Assembly (NCBI GenBank): GCA_017745175.1
Contig: JAGHZY010000016.1
Location: forward strand, 17,105-81,104
DNA length: 64,000 bases
Origin: Sphingopyxis sp.
GTDB lineage: Bacteria; Pseudomonadota; Alphaproteobacteria; Sphingomonadales; Sphingomonadaceae
Direction of reading: 5' to 3'
Below the pieces are notes generated by a model that had not been told where the DNA came from, did no database searches, and saw only the letters and a program-made list of their open reading frames with translations. This document shows positions 1 to 9,301 of this stretch, one piece after another (position 1 is the stretch's first letter; every line of letters starts with the position of its first letter). Both the position numbers and the translations under genes were made by a program.

Positions 1-588
1 GGCCGCTTCCTGCGCGCCTGCGACGCGACGGGCTACGACCTGCTGCTGCTCCAGCGACGCTTCGGCGCGGGCTATGAACAGGTGGCGCACCGGCTGACGA
101 CCTTGCAGCGTGTCGGCGCGCGCGGGCTGCCCTTTTTCATGCTGCGTATCGACCGTGCGGGGCAGGGGAGCAAACGCTATGCTGGCGCGAGCCAGTCGCC
201 GCTGGTCGACGGCGATGCGCGCTGCCCGTTGTGGGGCGTGCATGAGGCGTTCGCGCGGCCCGGCGAGGTCGTCGCCGATCTGGTCGAGCTGGAGGATGGA
301 TCGCGCTGGTTCACCCAGTCGCGCTCGGTCGCCGCGCCGGGTGCAACGGGTAGCGGGACGCCAGCGCGCTTTGCCGTGTGCGTCGGGGTCGATGCCAAGG
401 TCGCCGCGCCGCTGATCGCCGCGCGCGGGATCGACCTGATGCGCAGTCCCGCGACGCCGATCGGCCTTGGGTGCAGGCGGTGCACGCGCACCGGGTGCGT
501 GCAGCGATCGATGCCGCCGCTCGGGCGACCGTTGCGCTTCCGCGAGGGCGAGCGCGGCGTGAGCGCATTCGATTTCGCGGGGGATTGA
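1..588 (+). CDS. C-terminal part of a short-chain fatty acyl-CoA regulator-like (XRE/ImmA/DUF2083-type) transcriptional regulator; 5' end lies outside the window
   Basis: Frame 1 is open from base 1 to the TGA at 586-588. The tail (YEQVAHRLTTLQRVGARGLPFFMLRIDRAGQGSKRY ... CPLWGVHEAF ... GCRRCTRTGC) resembles the Cys-containing DUF2083 C-terminal domain. Confidence 0.55.
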   Translation, partial: GRFLRACDATGYDLLLLQRRFGAGYEQVAHRLTTLQRVGARGLPFFMLRIDRAGQGSKRYAGASQSPLVDGDARCPLWGVHEAFARPGEVVADLVELEDGSRWFTQSRSVAAPGATGSGTPARFAVCVGVDAKVAAPLIAARGIDLMRSPATPIGLGCRRCTRTGCVQRSMPPLGRPLRFREGERGVSAFDFAGD

Positions 589-707
589 GGTTTGTCGGCG
601 GTTTGCGCACAGCCAAGGCGGCGTGTGCGATGCCGCATCGGAGACGGGTGCGGGTATCCGTCAGGCGGCTGCCGCAGAGCCCCTCCCCGAAAGGCTCTGC
701 GGCCCGA

Positions 708-2537
708 TCATGCCTTTTGCGCCGCGACCCAGCGGTCGATCACCGATTCGAGCACCGAGATCGGCATCGCGCCCGCCGACAGCGCGGTGTCGTGGAAGGC
801 GCGGAGATCGAATTTGGCGCCAAGCGCGGCCTTCGCCTTCTCGCGGATGCGGACCCAGCTTGTCTGGCCGACCATATAGCTCGTCGCCTGACCCGGCCAG
901 ACGCAGTAGCGTTCGATTTCGGTGACGTTCGACGGTTCGGGGGTGCCGAGCGTGTCGTTATAATAGGCGATCGCCTTTTCGCGCGTCCATTTATAATGGT
1001 GGAGCCCGGTATCGGCGACGAGGCGCGCGGCGCGGAACATATAGGACTGAAGGTAGCCGAGGCGGCCCCACGGGTCCTTTTCGTAGACGCCCATCTCGTC
1101 GGCGAGTTGCTCGGCGTAGAGGCCCCAGCCCTCGGTATAGACCGAATAGGCGGGAAGGCGGCGGAGGCGCGGGATGCCCTCGGCCTCCTGCGCGAGCGCG
1201 ATCTGGTGATGATGACCGGGCGACGCTTCGTGATAGGTCAGCGTCGGCAGCGTCCAGCTGGGGTTTTCCGCGGTGTCGCGCAGGTTGATATAATAGGCGC
1301 CGGGGCGTGAGCCATCGAGCGCGGGGATCTGGTAATAGCCGCCGGTCGCGCCATCCTCGATATCGGCGGGGACGCGGCGGATCTCGACCTTCGCCTTGGG
1401 CAGACGGCCGAAGGCTTCGGGCAGACGCGCCTGGATCGCCTGCATCTGGGCGTTGAGTTCGGCGATCAGCTTTTCCTTGCCCGCGTCGGTGTTCGGGTAG
1501 AGGAAACGCGGATCCTTGCCGAGCGCGCGCATCCGTTCGGCGACGCTGCCGTTGGTCATCCCCTGCGCCTTGAAGATCGCGTCGGCCTGCGCGCTCAAAT
1601 CGGCGACGCGATCGAGCCCGAGCTTGTGCACTTCCTCGGCCGACATGCCCGTCGTCGTCGCATAGCGGAGCGCATAGGCATAATATTCGTCGCCCTTCGG
1701 CAGACGCCAGACGCCGGCATCATGTGTCGCGCGCGCGCGGACGGCGCGAAGCTCGTCGGCCTGGCGGCGCATCGCGGGATAGATCTTGCCCTCGACGATC
1801 GCCGCGCAGCGCCTTGCCCAGTCGCCCGGAATGTCCTTCGTCTTCGCGGCGAGATTTTTGGTCAGTCCATTGGCGTCGGGGGCAGGGGCCTGGATGCGGT
1901 CGAACTGGCCGAGCGTGCGGTCGATGACAAAATCGGGCGGGATCACGCCCGCCGCATGGTCGGCCTTGATCCGCCCCGTCTCATTGTCGAGCTGAACCGC
2001 GAAATCGGCGCAGCGCGCGAGATAGGCCTCGGCGTCGGCGGCGTTCGCGATGCTGTGCTGGTTGATCAGGAAATCGGGGATCGAGCGATAGCTGCCCGAC
2101 AGCTGGGTCACCGGATGCGGTTCGGGCCAGCTGTGAAGGCCGTAGCCGAAGGTGTCATAGGCCTTGACGAAATATTCCCAGGGACCGCGGAAAGTTTCGT
2201 AGTTTACGAGGTCCATCCCCGACAGCTTTGACGCATCGATCTTTTTCAGTTCGGCGAGACCGTCGCGGTAGAGCTGGTGGCTCCGTTTGATGCCGGCGGG
2301 CGAGCGATCGTCGAGTCTGGCCTTGAGCGGCAGGCGGGCGTCCTTGTCGAGCCCGAGCGCGGTCGCGAATTCGGGGCTTTCGTCGACCATCCGGTCGTAG
2401 AAGCGGTCGTAGATCGCGGTGAGCCGCGCGCCTTCGCCGCTCGCCGCCTCGCCGGTCAGCGCGGCCGCGGGGTTGCGGACGCCCGCGAGGGCGGAGGTCG
2501 CGGCGAGGGTGGCGATGAGGGTACGGCGGTCGAGCAT
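708..2537 (-). CDS. DUF885 family protein (secreted, putative metallopeptidase-like)
   Basis: 609-aa ORF. Has a twin-arginine-like N-terminus (MLDRRTLIATLAATSALAG) and the HEASPGHHHQ motif typical of DUF885. Confidence 0.75.
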   Translation of the reverse strand: MLDRRTLIATLAATSALAGVRNPAAALTGEAASGEGARLTAIYDRFYDRMVDESPEFATALGLDKDARLPLKARLDDRSPAGIKRSHQLYRDGLAELKKIDASKLSGMDLVNYETFRGPWEYFVKAYDTFGYGLHSWPEPHPVTQLSGSYRSIPDFLINQHSIANAADAEAYLARCADFAVQLDNETGRIKADHAAGVIPPDFVIDRTLGQFDRIQAPAPDANGLTKNLAAKTKDIPGDWARRCAAIVEGKIYPAMRRQADELRAVRARATHDAGVWRLPKGDEYYAYALRYATTTGMSAEEVHKLGLDRVADLSAQADAIFKAQGMTNGSVAERMRALGKDPRFLYPNTDAGKEKLIAELNAQMQAIQARLPEAFGRLPKAKVEIRRVPADIEDGATGGYYQIPALDGSRPGAYYINLRDTAENPSWTLPTLTYHEASPGHHHQIALAQEAEGIPRLRRLPAYSVYTEGWGLYAEQLADEMGVYEKDPWGRLGYLQSYMFRAARLVADTGLHHYKWTREKAIAYYNDTLGTPEPSNVTEIERYCVWPGQATSYMVGQTSWVRIREKAKAALGAKFDLRAFHDTALSAGAMPISVLESVIDRWVAAQKA

Positions 2538-2582
2538 GATCGTCTCCGATAAGGTGTGTTGTCCGGATGCTACACGGAGACG

Positions 2583-3290
2583 TCAGCCGAGTCTTGTATC
2601 GATTTGACTCCGGCGCCATGCGCCCGGCGTGGCGCCGCTGAGCCGCGCGACCGCGTGCGTCATATGCGCCTGATCGGTGAAGTGGAGGCGGTGTGCGATG
2701 TCGGCGAGCGCCCCGGCGCCCGCGCGGATCGCCGCGAGCGCGGCGCGGGCGCGGGCATCGGCACGATAGGCCTTGGGGGTGCAGCCGTAGGCGGCGCGGA
2801 AGCCGCGGCTGAGCGTTTCGGCGCGTACACCCGTACGCTCGGCCCATTCGCCGAGCCGGATCGGTTCGCCGCCGCGCAGATCGCGCGCGAGCAGGTCGGG
2901 CCAGTCCTGCGCACGATCGGGAAGCGCGACAAATTGTTCGGCGAATGCCGCCGCGGCGTTGCGCGGGTCGTGCGCGGCGAGACGGACGAGCAGGTCGGGA
3001 TCGTCGACGCGGCCGCGGACCTGCGTGCTTGCCGCGAGTTTGGCGGGCAGATCGAGAACCAGGACGCGCGCCCCCCTCGCCTCGACGCGATCGAGGTGCG
3101 ATTCGAACGGATGGTGGATCAGCGCGTCGCCGGGACGGACGTCGAAGCGGCCTTCGTCGCCCGCCTCCTGATAGCCGCCTTCGAGCACAACCGCGACGAA
3201 GGCGTCGTCGTGGCAATGGCGCGCGCGCAGTTCGTGCGGGTGGTGAGCGAGCAACCCGAGCGGGGCATCGGCAAATTGGGGCGACGCCAC
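2583..3290 (-). CDS. AraC family transcriptional regulator
   Basis: 235-aa ORF with a C-terminal AraC-type HTH (LSRGFRAAYGCTPKAYR ... IAHRLHFTDQAHMTHAVARLSGATPGAWRR). It abuts the upstream manC-like gene. Confidence 0.8.
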   Translation of the reverse strand: MASPQFADAPLGLLAHHPHELRARHCHDDAFVAVVLEGGYQEAGDEGRFDVRPGDALIHHPFESHLDRVEARGARVLVLDLPAKLAASTQVRGRVDDPDLLVRLAAHDPRNAAAAFAEQFVALPDRAQDWPDLLARDLRGGEPIRLGEWAERTGVRAETLSRGFRAAYGCTPKAYRADARARAALAAIRAGAGALADIAHRLHFTDQAHMTHAVARLSGATPGAWRRSQIDTRLG

Positions 3291-4325
3291 CTATTCGCGC
3301 GCCTTTGCCGCCGTGCGGACGTCCTGCGACCGTTCGAGCGGCATGACGAGGATATCGTCACCGTCGACGATCACCGCGATATCCGACAGGCCGACGACCG
3401 ATACGCGCTTGCCGCCGGTGCGGATGAGGTTGCCGCGGCAGTCGTGGAGAAAGGCGTCGCCCGACACGGCATTGCCCGCTCCGTCCTTTATGCCGACGCC
3501 GTGGACCGCCTGCCAGCTGCCGAGATCGGACCAGCCCATCGAAGCCGGGACGACCGCAACGCGATCGTCCTTTTCCATCACGGCGTAGTCGATCGAAACG
3601 GACGGTGCCTTTTCGAACTCGATCGCGTCGGCATGGCACGCATCGCCGTCGCGCATGCCCGCGGCGACGGCTTTGTCGGCGGCCTCGAAGATCGCGCGGC
3701 AATGGGTGAGCATCGCGTCGCGCATCCGCGCCGCGCGGAACAGGAAGATGCCGGCATTCCAGCTGTACCCGCCTGCGGCGAGCATGGCCTCGGCATCGGC
3801 GAGCGGCGGTTTTTCGATGAAGCGATCGACGCGAAAACCCTCATCGCCGAGTGCGGCGCCGCCGGCGATATAGCCGAAGCCGGTTTCGGGACAGTCGGGC
3901 GTGATGCCGAAGGTGACGAGCCAGTCCTGCTGCGCGAGGCGTGCGCCCTTCGCGATCGCCGCGTGAAAGGCCGGGAGGTCGGCGATCACATGGTCGCTCG
4001 GCATCACGAGCAGCAGCGTATCGGCGTCGGCCTGCGCGACGGCTAGCGCGATTGCCGCGGCGGTGTTGCGCGGCATCGGTTCGACGAGCAGCGAGGCTTC
4101 CTTCGCGCCGATCTGTTCGCGGACCACCGCGACATGGGCATCGCCGCACAGGATGACGGGCGGGAGGAAATCGGGTCCTGCGGGCGTGCGCTGGACGGTC
4201 TGTTCGAACAGGCTCTTCTCGCCGGTCAGCGGCAGGAACTGCTTGGCGCGGTCGCCGCGCGATTCGGGCCACAGGCGCGTTCCGGCGCCGCCGCAGAGGA
4301 TTACGGGCTGGATCATCAAGGTCAT
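3291..4325 (-). CDS. mannose-1-phosphate guanylyltransferase-like sugar nucleotidyltransferase (no PMI/cupin domain)
   Basis: 344-aa ORF with the N-terminal motif QPVILCGGAGTRLWPESR typical of ManC/XanB-type nucleotidyltransferases. Confidence 0.8.
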   Translation of the reverse strand: MTLMIQPVILCGGAGTRLWPESRGDRAKQFLPLTGEKSLFEQTVQRTPAGPDFLPPVILCGDAHVAVVREQIGAKEASLLVEPMPRNTAAAIALAVAQADADTLLLVMPSDHVIADLPAFHAAIAKGARLAQQDWLVTFGITPDCPETGFGYIAGGAALGDEGFRVDRFIEKPPLADAEAMLAAGGYSWNAGIFLFRAARMRDAMLTHCRAIFEAADKAVAAGMRDGDACHADAIEFEKAPSVSIDYAVMEKDDRVAVVPASMGWSDLGSWQAVHGVGIKDGAGNAVSGDAFLHDCRGNLIRTGGKRVSVVGLSDIAVIVDGDDILVMPLERSQDVRTAAKARE

Positions 4326-4428
4326 GGCCCTCGTCTACCGCCTCCAATGCCGCCGGTCATCCTCTTCGTGAAACGGGAAGTGTAAAATTAACCGACAGTT
4401 GACGCCTCGGCTGTAGTATCGCGCCGGC

Positions 4429-5817
4429 ATGTTCCGGCTATTCAAACATTATGTCCCGCACGCCGTCGTCTGGCTGGCGCTGATCGAATTTCTCGCGCTG
4501 CTCGGCTCGGCCGAGGGGGCGTGGCATCTCTATGCGCATCAGGCGGGATTCGACGCGGGGCCGCTGGCCAGCCGCTGGCTTCCGCTCCTCACCTTCGGCA
4601 TCGCCAATTCGCTCGCGATGATGGCGACGGGCATGTACGGGAACGAGGGGCTGCGTTCGATGCGCTTTGCGACGGCGCGGTTGCTCGCGGCGATTTCGCT
4701 GGGCGTGATCTTTCTCTCGGTGCTCGGTTTCCTGTTGCCGACCGTGACGCTGTGGCGCGCGAACAGCCTCTATGCGATGATCCTTGCGATCACGGTACTG
4801 TTCGTGATCCGGCTCGCGCTCACCCAGTCGGCGGGAACCGAGGCATTCCGGCGCCGTATCCTCGTCCTCGGTGCGGGGCCGCGCGCGGCGCGGCTCGCCG
4901 CGCTGGCCGATGCGCCGGGAAGCGGGCTCGAGATGGTCGGCTTCGTCGCGATGGGCGCGGCCGAGACGACGGTGGCGGGCGCCGTGCCGCGCGAGGCGAT
5001 CGCCAATCTGTCGGACCATGTGGTGGCGCTGCGCGCAGGCGAAGTCGTGCTGGCGCTCGAGGAGCGGCGCAATGCGCTGCCGCTGAACGACCTGCTCCGC
5101 GTCAAGACGACGGGCGTGTATGTCAACGACATCGCGAGCTTCATCGAGCGCGAAACGGGGCGCGTCGACCTTGCGACCACCAACCCCAGCGGGCTGATCT
5201 TTTCGGACGGCTTTTCGGCCGGCCAGCGGATTTCCAAGGTCGGCAAACGGATATTCGACATCGTCGCGAGCCTGATCGTCCTCGTCGTCGGCCTGCCGCT
5301 GATCATCGTCGCGGGGATCGCGGTGGTGCTCGACAGCCGCGGGCCGGTCTTTTACCGCCAGCCGCGCGTCGGCCTGTTCGGCGAGCCCTATGACATCTTC
5401 AAGATCCGGTCGATGCGCACCGACGCCGAGGCGGCGGGCAAGGCCGTGTGGGCGGCCGAGAACGACCCGCGCGTCACCCGCGTCGGGCGCATTATCCGCA
5501 AGCTTCGCATCGACGAGCTGCCGCAGACCTGGTGCGTGCTGAAGGGCGACATGAGCTTCGTCGGGCCGCGCCCCGAACGGCCGAGCTTCGTCGAGGAACT
5601 CGAGCAGAAGCTGCCCTATTATGCCGAACGCCACATGGTGAAGCCGGGGCTGACCGGCTGGGCGCAGATCAACTATCCCTATGGCGCATCGGTCGAGGAT
5701 GCGCGCGTGAAGCTCGAATACGACCTTTATTACGCCAAGAATTATTCGCCTTTCCTCGACCTGTTGATCCTGCTCCAGACGGTGCGTGTCGTGCTGTGGC
5801 CGGAGGGTGCGAGGTAG
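4429..5817 (+). CDS. polyprenyl-phosphate sugar transferase, PEP-CTERM/XrtA-system-associated type (TIGR03013-like)
   Basis: 462-aa ORF. The N-terminus is hydrophobic and multi-TM (MFRLFKHYVPHAVVWLALIEFLALL). The C-terminal bacterial sugar transferase domain shows RVGLFGEPYDIFKIRSM, DELPQTWCVLKGDMSFVGPRPERP and KPGLTGWAQI. It sits directly upstream of prsK/prsR/prsT. Confidence 0.75.
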   Translation: MFRLFKHYVPHAVVWLALIEFLALLGSAEGAWHLYAHQAGFDAGPLASRWLPLLTFGIANSLAMMATGMYGNEGLRSMRFATARLLAAISLGVIFLSVLGFLLPTVTLWRANSLYAMILAITVLFVIRLALTQSAGTEAFRRRILVLGAGPRAARLAALADAPGSGLEMVGFVAMGAAETTVAGAVPREAIANLSDHVVALRAGEVVLALEERRNALPLNDLLRVKTTGVYVNDIASFIERETGRVDLATTNPSGLIFSDGFSAGQRISKVGKRIFDIVASLIVLVVGLPLIIVAGIAVVLDSRGPVFYRQPRVGLFGEPYDIFKIRSMRTDAEAAGKAVWAAENDPRVTRVGRIIRKLRIDELPQTWCVLKGDMSFVGPRPERPSFVEELEQKLPYYAERHMVKPGLTGWAQINYPYGASVEDARVKLEYDLYYAKNYSPFLDLLILLQTVRVVLWPEGAR

Positions 5818-5819
5818 CG

Positions 5820-7928
5820 GTGAGCGCGCTCGCCGGCCTGTCCCAGATCCTGTCCGGCCTCGCGATGGCGGGCTTTGCCGGGGTCACGCTGTGGCTGCTG
5901 ACGCGGCCGCGCGCGCGGACGGCAGCGCTGATGCCCGCACCGCGATGGCTCGCTGCCGCCGCCGCCGCCACGGGTTTCTGGGCCGGGGCGCTCTTCCTCT
6001 TCGGCCCCGGCTCGTCGCAATCGCTGGTCGTCCAGACCGTACGCGACCTTGCGATGCTGTTCTGGCTGGCGCAGACATTCTGGTCCGCGGGCGCACCGAT
6101 GTCGCGGCCGTTGCGGCTGATTCTCCGGATGCTGGCGACGATCTGCATGGTGACCCTCCTGCTGGGGGCGGCGGCGCATCTGCGTGCGGGGGACGCGGCC
6201 GAGCCGTGGATGGCGCCGGCGCTGGCCTTTGCGGCGGTGGTCGTCGCGATCGGCGGCCTGCTGCTTGTCGATGGCGGCGCGCGCCAGGCGAGCGCCGGAC
6301 AGCGCAAGCCGGTGATGGCGGTCGCGGCGGGTTTCGCGATGCTGTGGGCCTATGAGGTCAATATCCAGCTGATCGGCGCGCTGACCGGCGAGACCGCATC
6401 GATGCTGCGCGATCTCCTGCCCGGGGTCGCCTTGCTGACCCTGCCGACCTATGTCGTCGCGGCGCTCGATGTCGGGCGCGACCGGATGCGCCTGTCGCGC
6501 ACCGCGGCGACGCGCACGCTGATCCTGCTCGGCGGCGCGGCCTATCTGATCGTCATTGCCCTGACCGGCGCCGTCGCGCGGCTGGTGGGCGGCGACTATG
6601 CCGAGCTGGCGCAGGCGATATCGCTCGCCGCCGCGCTGGGCGCGGGCGGGCTCTTGCTCGCCTCCTCGCGATACCGCGCCTGGCTGACGGTGATCATCTC
6701 CAAGCATTTCTTCGAGCATCGCTACGATTATCGCGCCGAGTGGATGCGGTTCACCGCGACGCTGGGGCAGGGCGACGGCGACGACGACCGCAACCTCTAT
6801 CGCCGCGTCGCGAAGGCGCTGGCCGAGCTCACGGGCAGCCCGGGCGCGCTGCTGATGCTGCCGGGCGCATCGGGCAGCTTCCGTGTCGCCGAGCAATGGC
6901 ATTGGCCGGGCGCGCCGGGCGAGGAGGCGACGCTGTCGCTGCGGTCGGCCTTCATGCTGCAGGAGACGCAATATATCGTCGATCTCGACACCGAACGCCG
7001 CGGGCAGGGCAGCGAGGATCTGGCGATCCCCGACTGGCTGATCGCCGACACGCGGGCGTGGGTGGTCGTGCCCGTGCTGCATTTCCAGCGGATGATCGCG
7101 ATCGTCGTGCTGCAACGCCCCGCGGCGTCGCGCGCGCTCGACTGGGAAGATCTCGACGTGCTGCGCATCGCGGGGCAGCAGGCGGCAAGCTATCTCGCCG
7201 AATCGCAGAGCCAGCGGGCCTTGTCGGAGGCGCGGCGCTTCGACGAGTTCAACCGCCGCTTCGCCTTCATCATGCACGACATCAAGAATCTGGCGAGCCA
7301 GATCGGGCTGCTCGCGCGCAATGCCGAGCGCCACGCCGACAAGCCCGATTTCCGCGCCGACATGATCGGGACGCTGAAGGTTTCGGCGGGGCGGCTCAGC
7401 GACCTCCTCGTCCGGCTGGCGCCGCGCGAGCGCGGCCCCGCTGCGGAAGCCGGGCGGCTATTGGTCGAACCGGTGCTGAACGAGATCGCCGCCGCGATGC
7501 GCCCGCGCCGCGCGCTGTTCATCGGTTGCCAGGCCGGACTGGCGGCGTGGGCCAACGCGGGCGCGGTCCGGCAGATCGTCCAGCATCTGGTAACCAATGC
7601 GATCGATGCGTCGGCGCCCGAAACGCCGGTGCAGGTGGTCGCGGTCGCCGAGCAGGGGCGCGTGCGCATCGACGTGATCGACGAGGGCAGCGGCATGACG
7701 CGTGAATTCATCCGCGACGAGCTGTTCAAGCCCTTTGTGTCGACGAAGGAATCGGGGTTCGGGCTGGGGGCGTTCGAGGCGCTGCGGATCGCGCAGGCGA
7801 TGGGCGGCGCGATCGAGGTGGCGAGCGAGCCGGGCAAGGGAAGCAACTTTACCCTCTGGCTGCCGCTTGCCGATGTACGCAGCGAAAACGGGGGCGATCC
7901 CCGCGCGATGAAGGTGGGACAGCGATGA
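5820..7928 (+). CDS. prsK: XrtA/PEP-CTERM system histidine kinase PrsK
   Basis: In-frame GTG at 5820, just after the stop of the upstream gene; the track ORF start at 5448 would overlap that gene by 370 nt. The N-terminal half (~300 aa) is polytopic membrane. H-box FAFIMHDIKNL and ATPase boxes HLVTNAIDA / DEGSGM / GFGLG are present. Its 4-nt overlap with prsR suggests coupling. Confidence 0.75.
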   Translation: MSALAGLSQILSGLAMAGFAGVTLWLLTRPRARTAALMPAPRWLAAAAAATGFWAGALFLFGPGSSQSLVVQTVRDLAMLFWLAQTFWSAGAPMSRPLRLILRMLATICMVTLLLGAAAHLRAGDAAEPWMAPALAFAAVVVAIGGLLLVDGGARQASAGQRKPVMAVAAGFAMLWAYEVNIQLIGALTGETASMLRDLLPGVALLTLPTYVVAALDVGRDRMRLSRTAATRTLILLGGAAYLIVIALTGAVARLVGGDYAELAQAISLAAALGAGGLLLASSRYRAWLTVIISKHFFEHRYDYRAEWMRFTATLGQGDGDDDRNLYRRVAKALAELTGSPGALLMLPGASGSFRVAEQWHWPGAPGEEATLSLRSAFMLQETQYIVDLDTERRGQGSEDLAIPDWLIADTRAWVVVPVLHFQRMIAIVVLQRPAASRALDWEDLDVLRIAGQQAASYLAESQSQRALSEARRFDEFNRRFAFIMHDIKNLASQIGLLARNAERHADKPDFRADMIGTLKVSAGRLSDLLVRLAPRERGPAAEAGRLLVEPVLNEIAAAMRPRRALFIGCQAGLAAWANAGAVRQIVQHLVTNAIDASAPETPVQVVAVAEQGRVRIDVIDEGSGMTREFIRDELFKPFVSTKESGFGLGAFEALRIAQAMGGAIEVASEPGKGSNFTLWLPLADVRSENGGDPRAMKVGQR

Positions 7929-9301
7929 CCGGGGACGGGACCAATTTGCGCAAACTGCTGGTGGTCGAGGACGATCCGGGGCTGCAGGCGCAGCTCAAAT
8001 GGGCCTATGAGGACTATCAGGTGCTGGTGGCGGGCGACCATGACGCGGCGATCGAGCAGCTGCGCGCCGAGGAGCCCGACGTCGTCACGCTCGACCTCGG
8101 GCTGCCGCCCGATCGCGACGGGACGCGCGAAGGGTTCCGGACGCTGCAGGCGATTCTCGAGGCGAAGCCCGACACCAAGGTGATCGTCGTGTCGGGGCAT
8201 GGCGAGCGGGCGAGCGCGCTGTCGGCGATCGCGAACGGGGCGTGGGACTTCTATCAGAAGCCGATCGATATCGACGAACTGGGACTGATCGTCCGCCGTG
8301 CCTTCCACGTTCGCGAGCTCGAGGTCGAGAATGCCCGGCTGGCCCGCCAGGGCGCAGGTGACAATCGCGTGCTCGGCGGGATGATCACCGGCGCGCCCGA
8401 GATGCTGAAGGTCGCGCGCACGATCGAGCGCGTTGCCAACCTCGACGTATCGGTGATGCTGCTCGGGGCGAGCGGCACGGGCAAGGAACTGCTCGCGCGC
8501 GGGCTGCACGAGGCGAGCGCGCGGCGCGATGGCGCGTTCGTCGCGATCAATTGCGCCGCGATCCCCGAAAATCTGCTCGAAAGCGAATTGTTCGGGCACG
8601 AGAAGGGCGCCTTCACGGGCGCGGTGAAGACGACCGAGGGCAAGATCGAACTGGCGCACGGCGGCACGCTCTTCCTCGACGAGGTCGGCGACATCCCGCT
8701 GCCGCTGCAGGTCAAATTGCTGCGCTTTTTGCAGGAGCGCACGATCGAGCGCATCGGCGGGCGCAAGGCGATTGCGGTCGATACCAGGATCGTGTGCGCG
8801 ACACACCGCGACCTCGACGCGATGATCGCCGGACAGAGTTTTCGCGACGATCTTTATTACCGGCTCGCCGAAATGGTCGTGAAGATTCCGTCGCTCGCCG
8901 AACGGCCCGGCGATGCGGTGCTGCTGGCGCGGCACTTCCTTCACCAATATGCGCCCGAGATGAACCCCGGCGTGCGCGGTTTCGCGCCCGATGCGCTGCA
9001 GGCGATCGACGAGGGACGCTGGCCGGGCAATGTCCGCGAACTCGAGAATCGCATCAAGCGCGCGGTGATCATGGCCGACGGCAAGCTGGTGATGCGCGAG
9101 GATCTGGACCTCGCGACGAGCGAGGCGGACGGCGAGGAAGCATGGCTCAACCTGCGGAGCGCGCGCGAGGCGGCCGACCGCGTCGCGATCCGCCGCGCGA
9201 TGATGCAGAGCGAAGGCAATATCTCGGCCGCCGCCAAGCTGCTCGGGATCAGCCGCCCGACGCTCTATGACCTGCTCAAGCAATATCGGATGCAGGCCTG
9301 A
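7925..9301 (+). CDS. prsR: PEP-CTERM-box sigma-54-dependent response regulator PrsR
   Basis: 458-aa ORF. Receiver domain ([16 protein letters not shown] ... [11 protein letters not shown]). Canonical AAA+ motifs: [30 protein letters not shown]-terminal Fis-type HTH ([19 protein letters not shown]). Confidence 0.85.
   Translation: MTGDGTNLRKLLVVEDDPGLQAQLKWAYEDYQVLVAGDHDAAIEQLRAEEPDVVTLDLGLPPDRDGTREGFRTLQAILEAKPDTKVIVVSGHGERASALSAIANGAWDFYQKPIDIDELGLIVRRAFHVRELEVENARLARQGAGDNRVLGGMITGAPEMLKVARTIERVANLDVSVMLLGASGTGKELLARGLHEASARRDGAFVAINCAAIPENLLESELFGHEKGAFTGAVKTTEGKIELAHGGTLFLDEVGDIPLPLQVKLLRFLQERTIERIGGRKAIAVDTRIVCATHRDLDAMIAGQSFRDDLYYRLAEMVVKIPSLAERPGDAVLLARHFLHQYAPEMNPGVRGFAPDALQAIDEGRWPGNVRELENRIKRAVIMADGKLVMREDLDLATSEADGEEAWLNLRSAREAADRVAIRRAMMQSEGNISAAAKLLGISRPTLYDLLKQYRMQA

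Noticed and set aside
5448-5819. N-terminal 124-aa extension of the prsK ORF as listed in the track
   Set aside because: It would overlap the 3' end of the sugar transferase gene by 370 nt in another frame, and it translates to Arg/Pro/Ala-rich sequence. An in-frame GTG at 5820, directly after the upstream stop, gives a sensible membrane N-terminus.
7946-7953. Recurring TTGCGCAA octamer (also at 12332, 36414 and 58081) as a possible shared regulatory motif
   Set aside because: Two of the four copies are inside coding sequence, or at start codons of unrelated genes. For an 8-mer this recurrence is compatible with chance. Only the extended palindromes at 12343-12359 and 58078-58091 are reported, at low interest.
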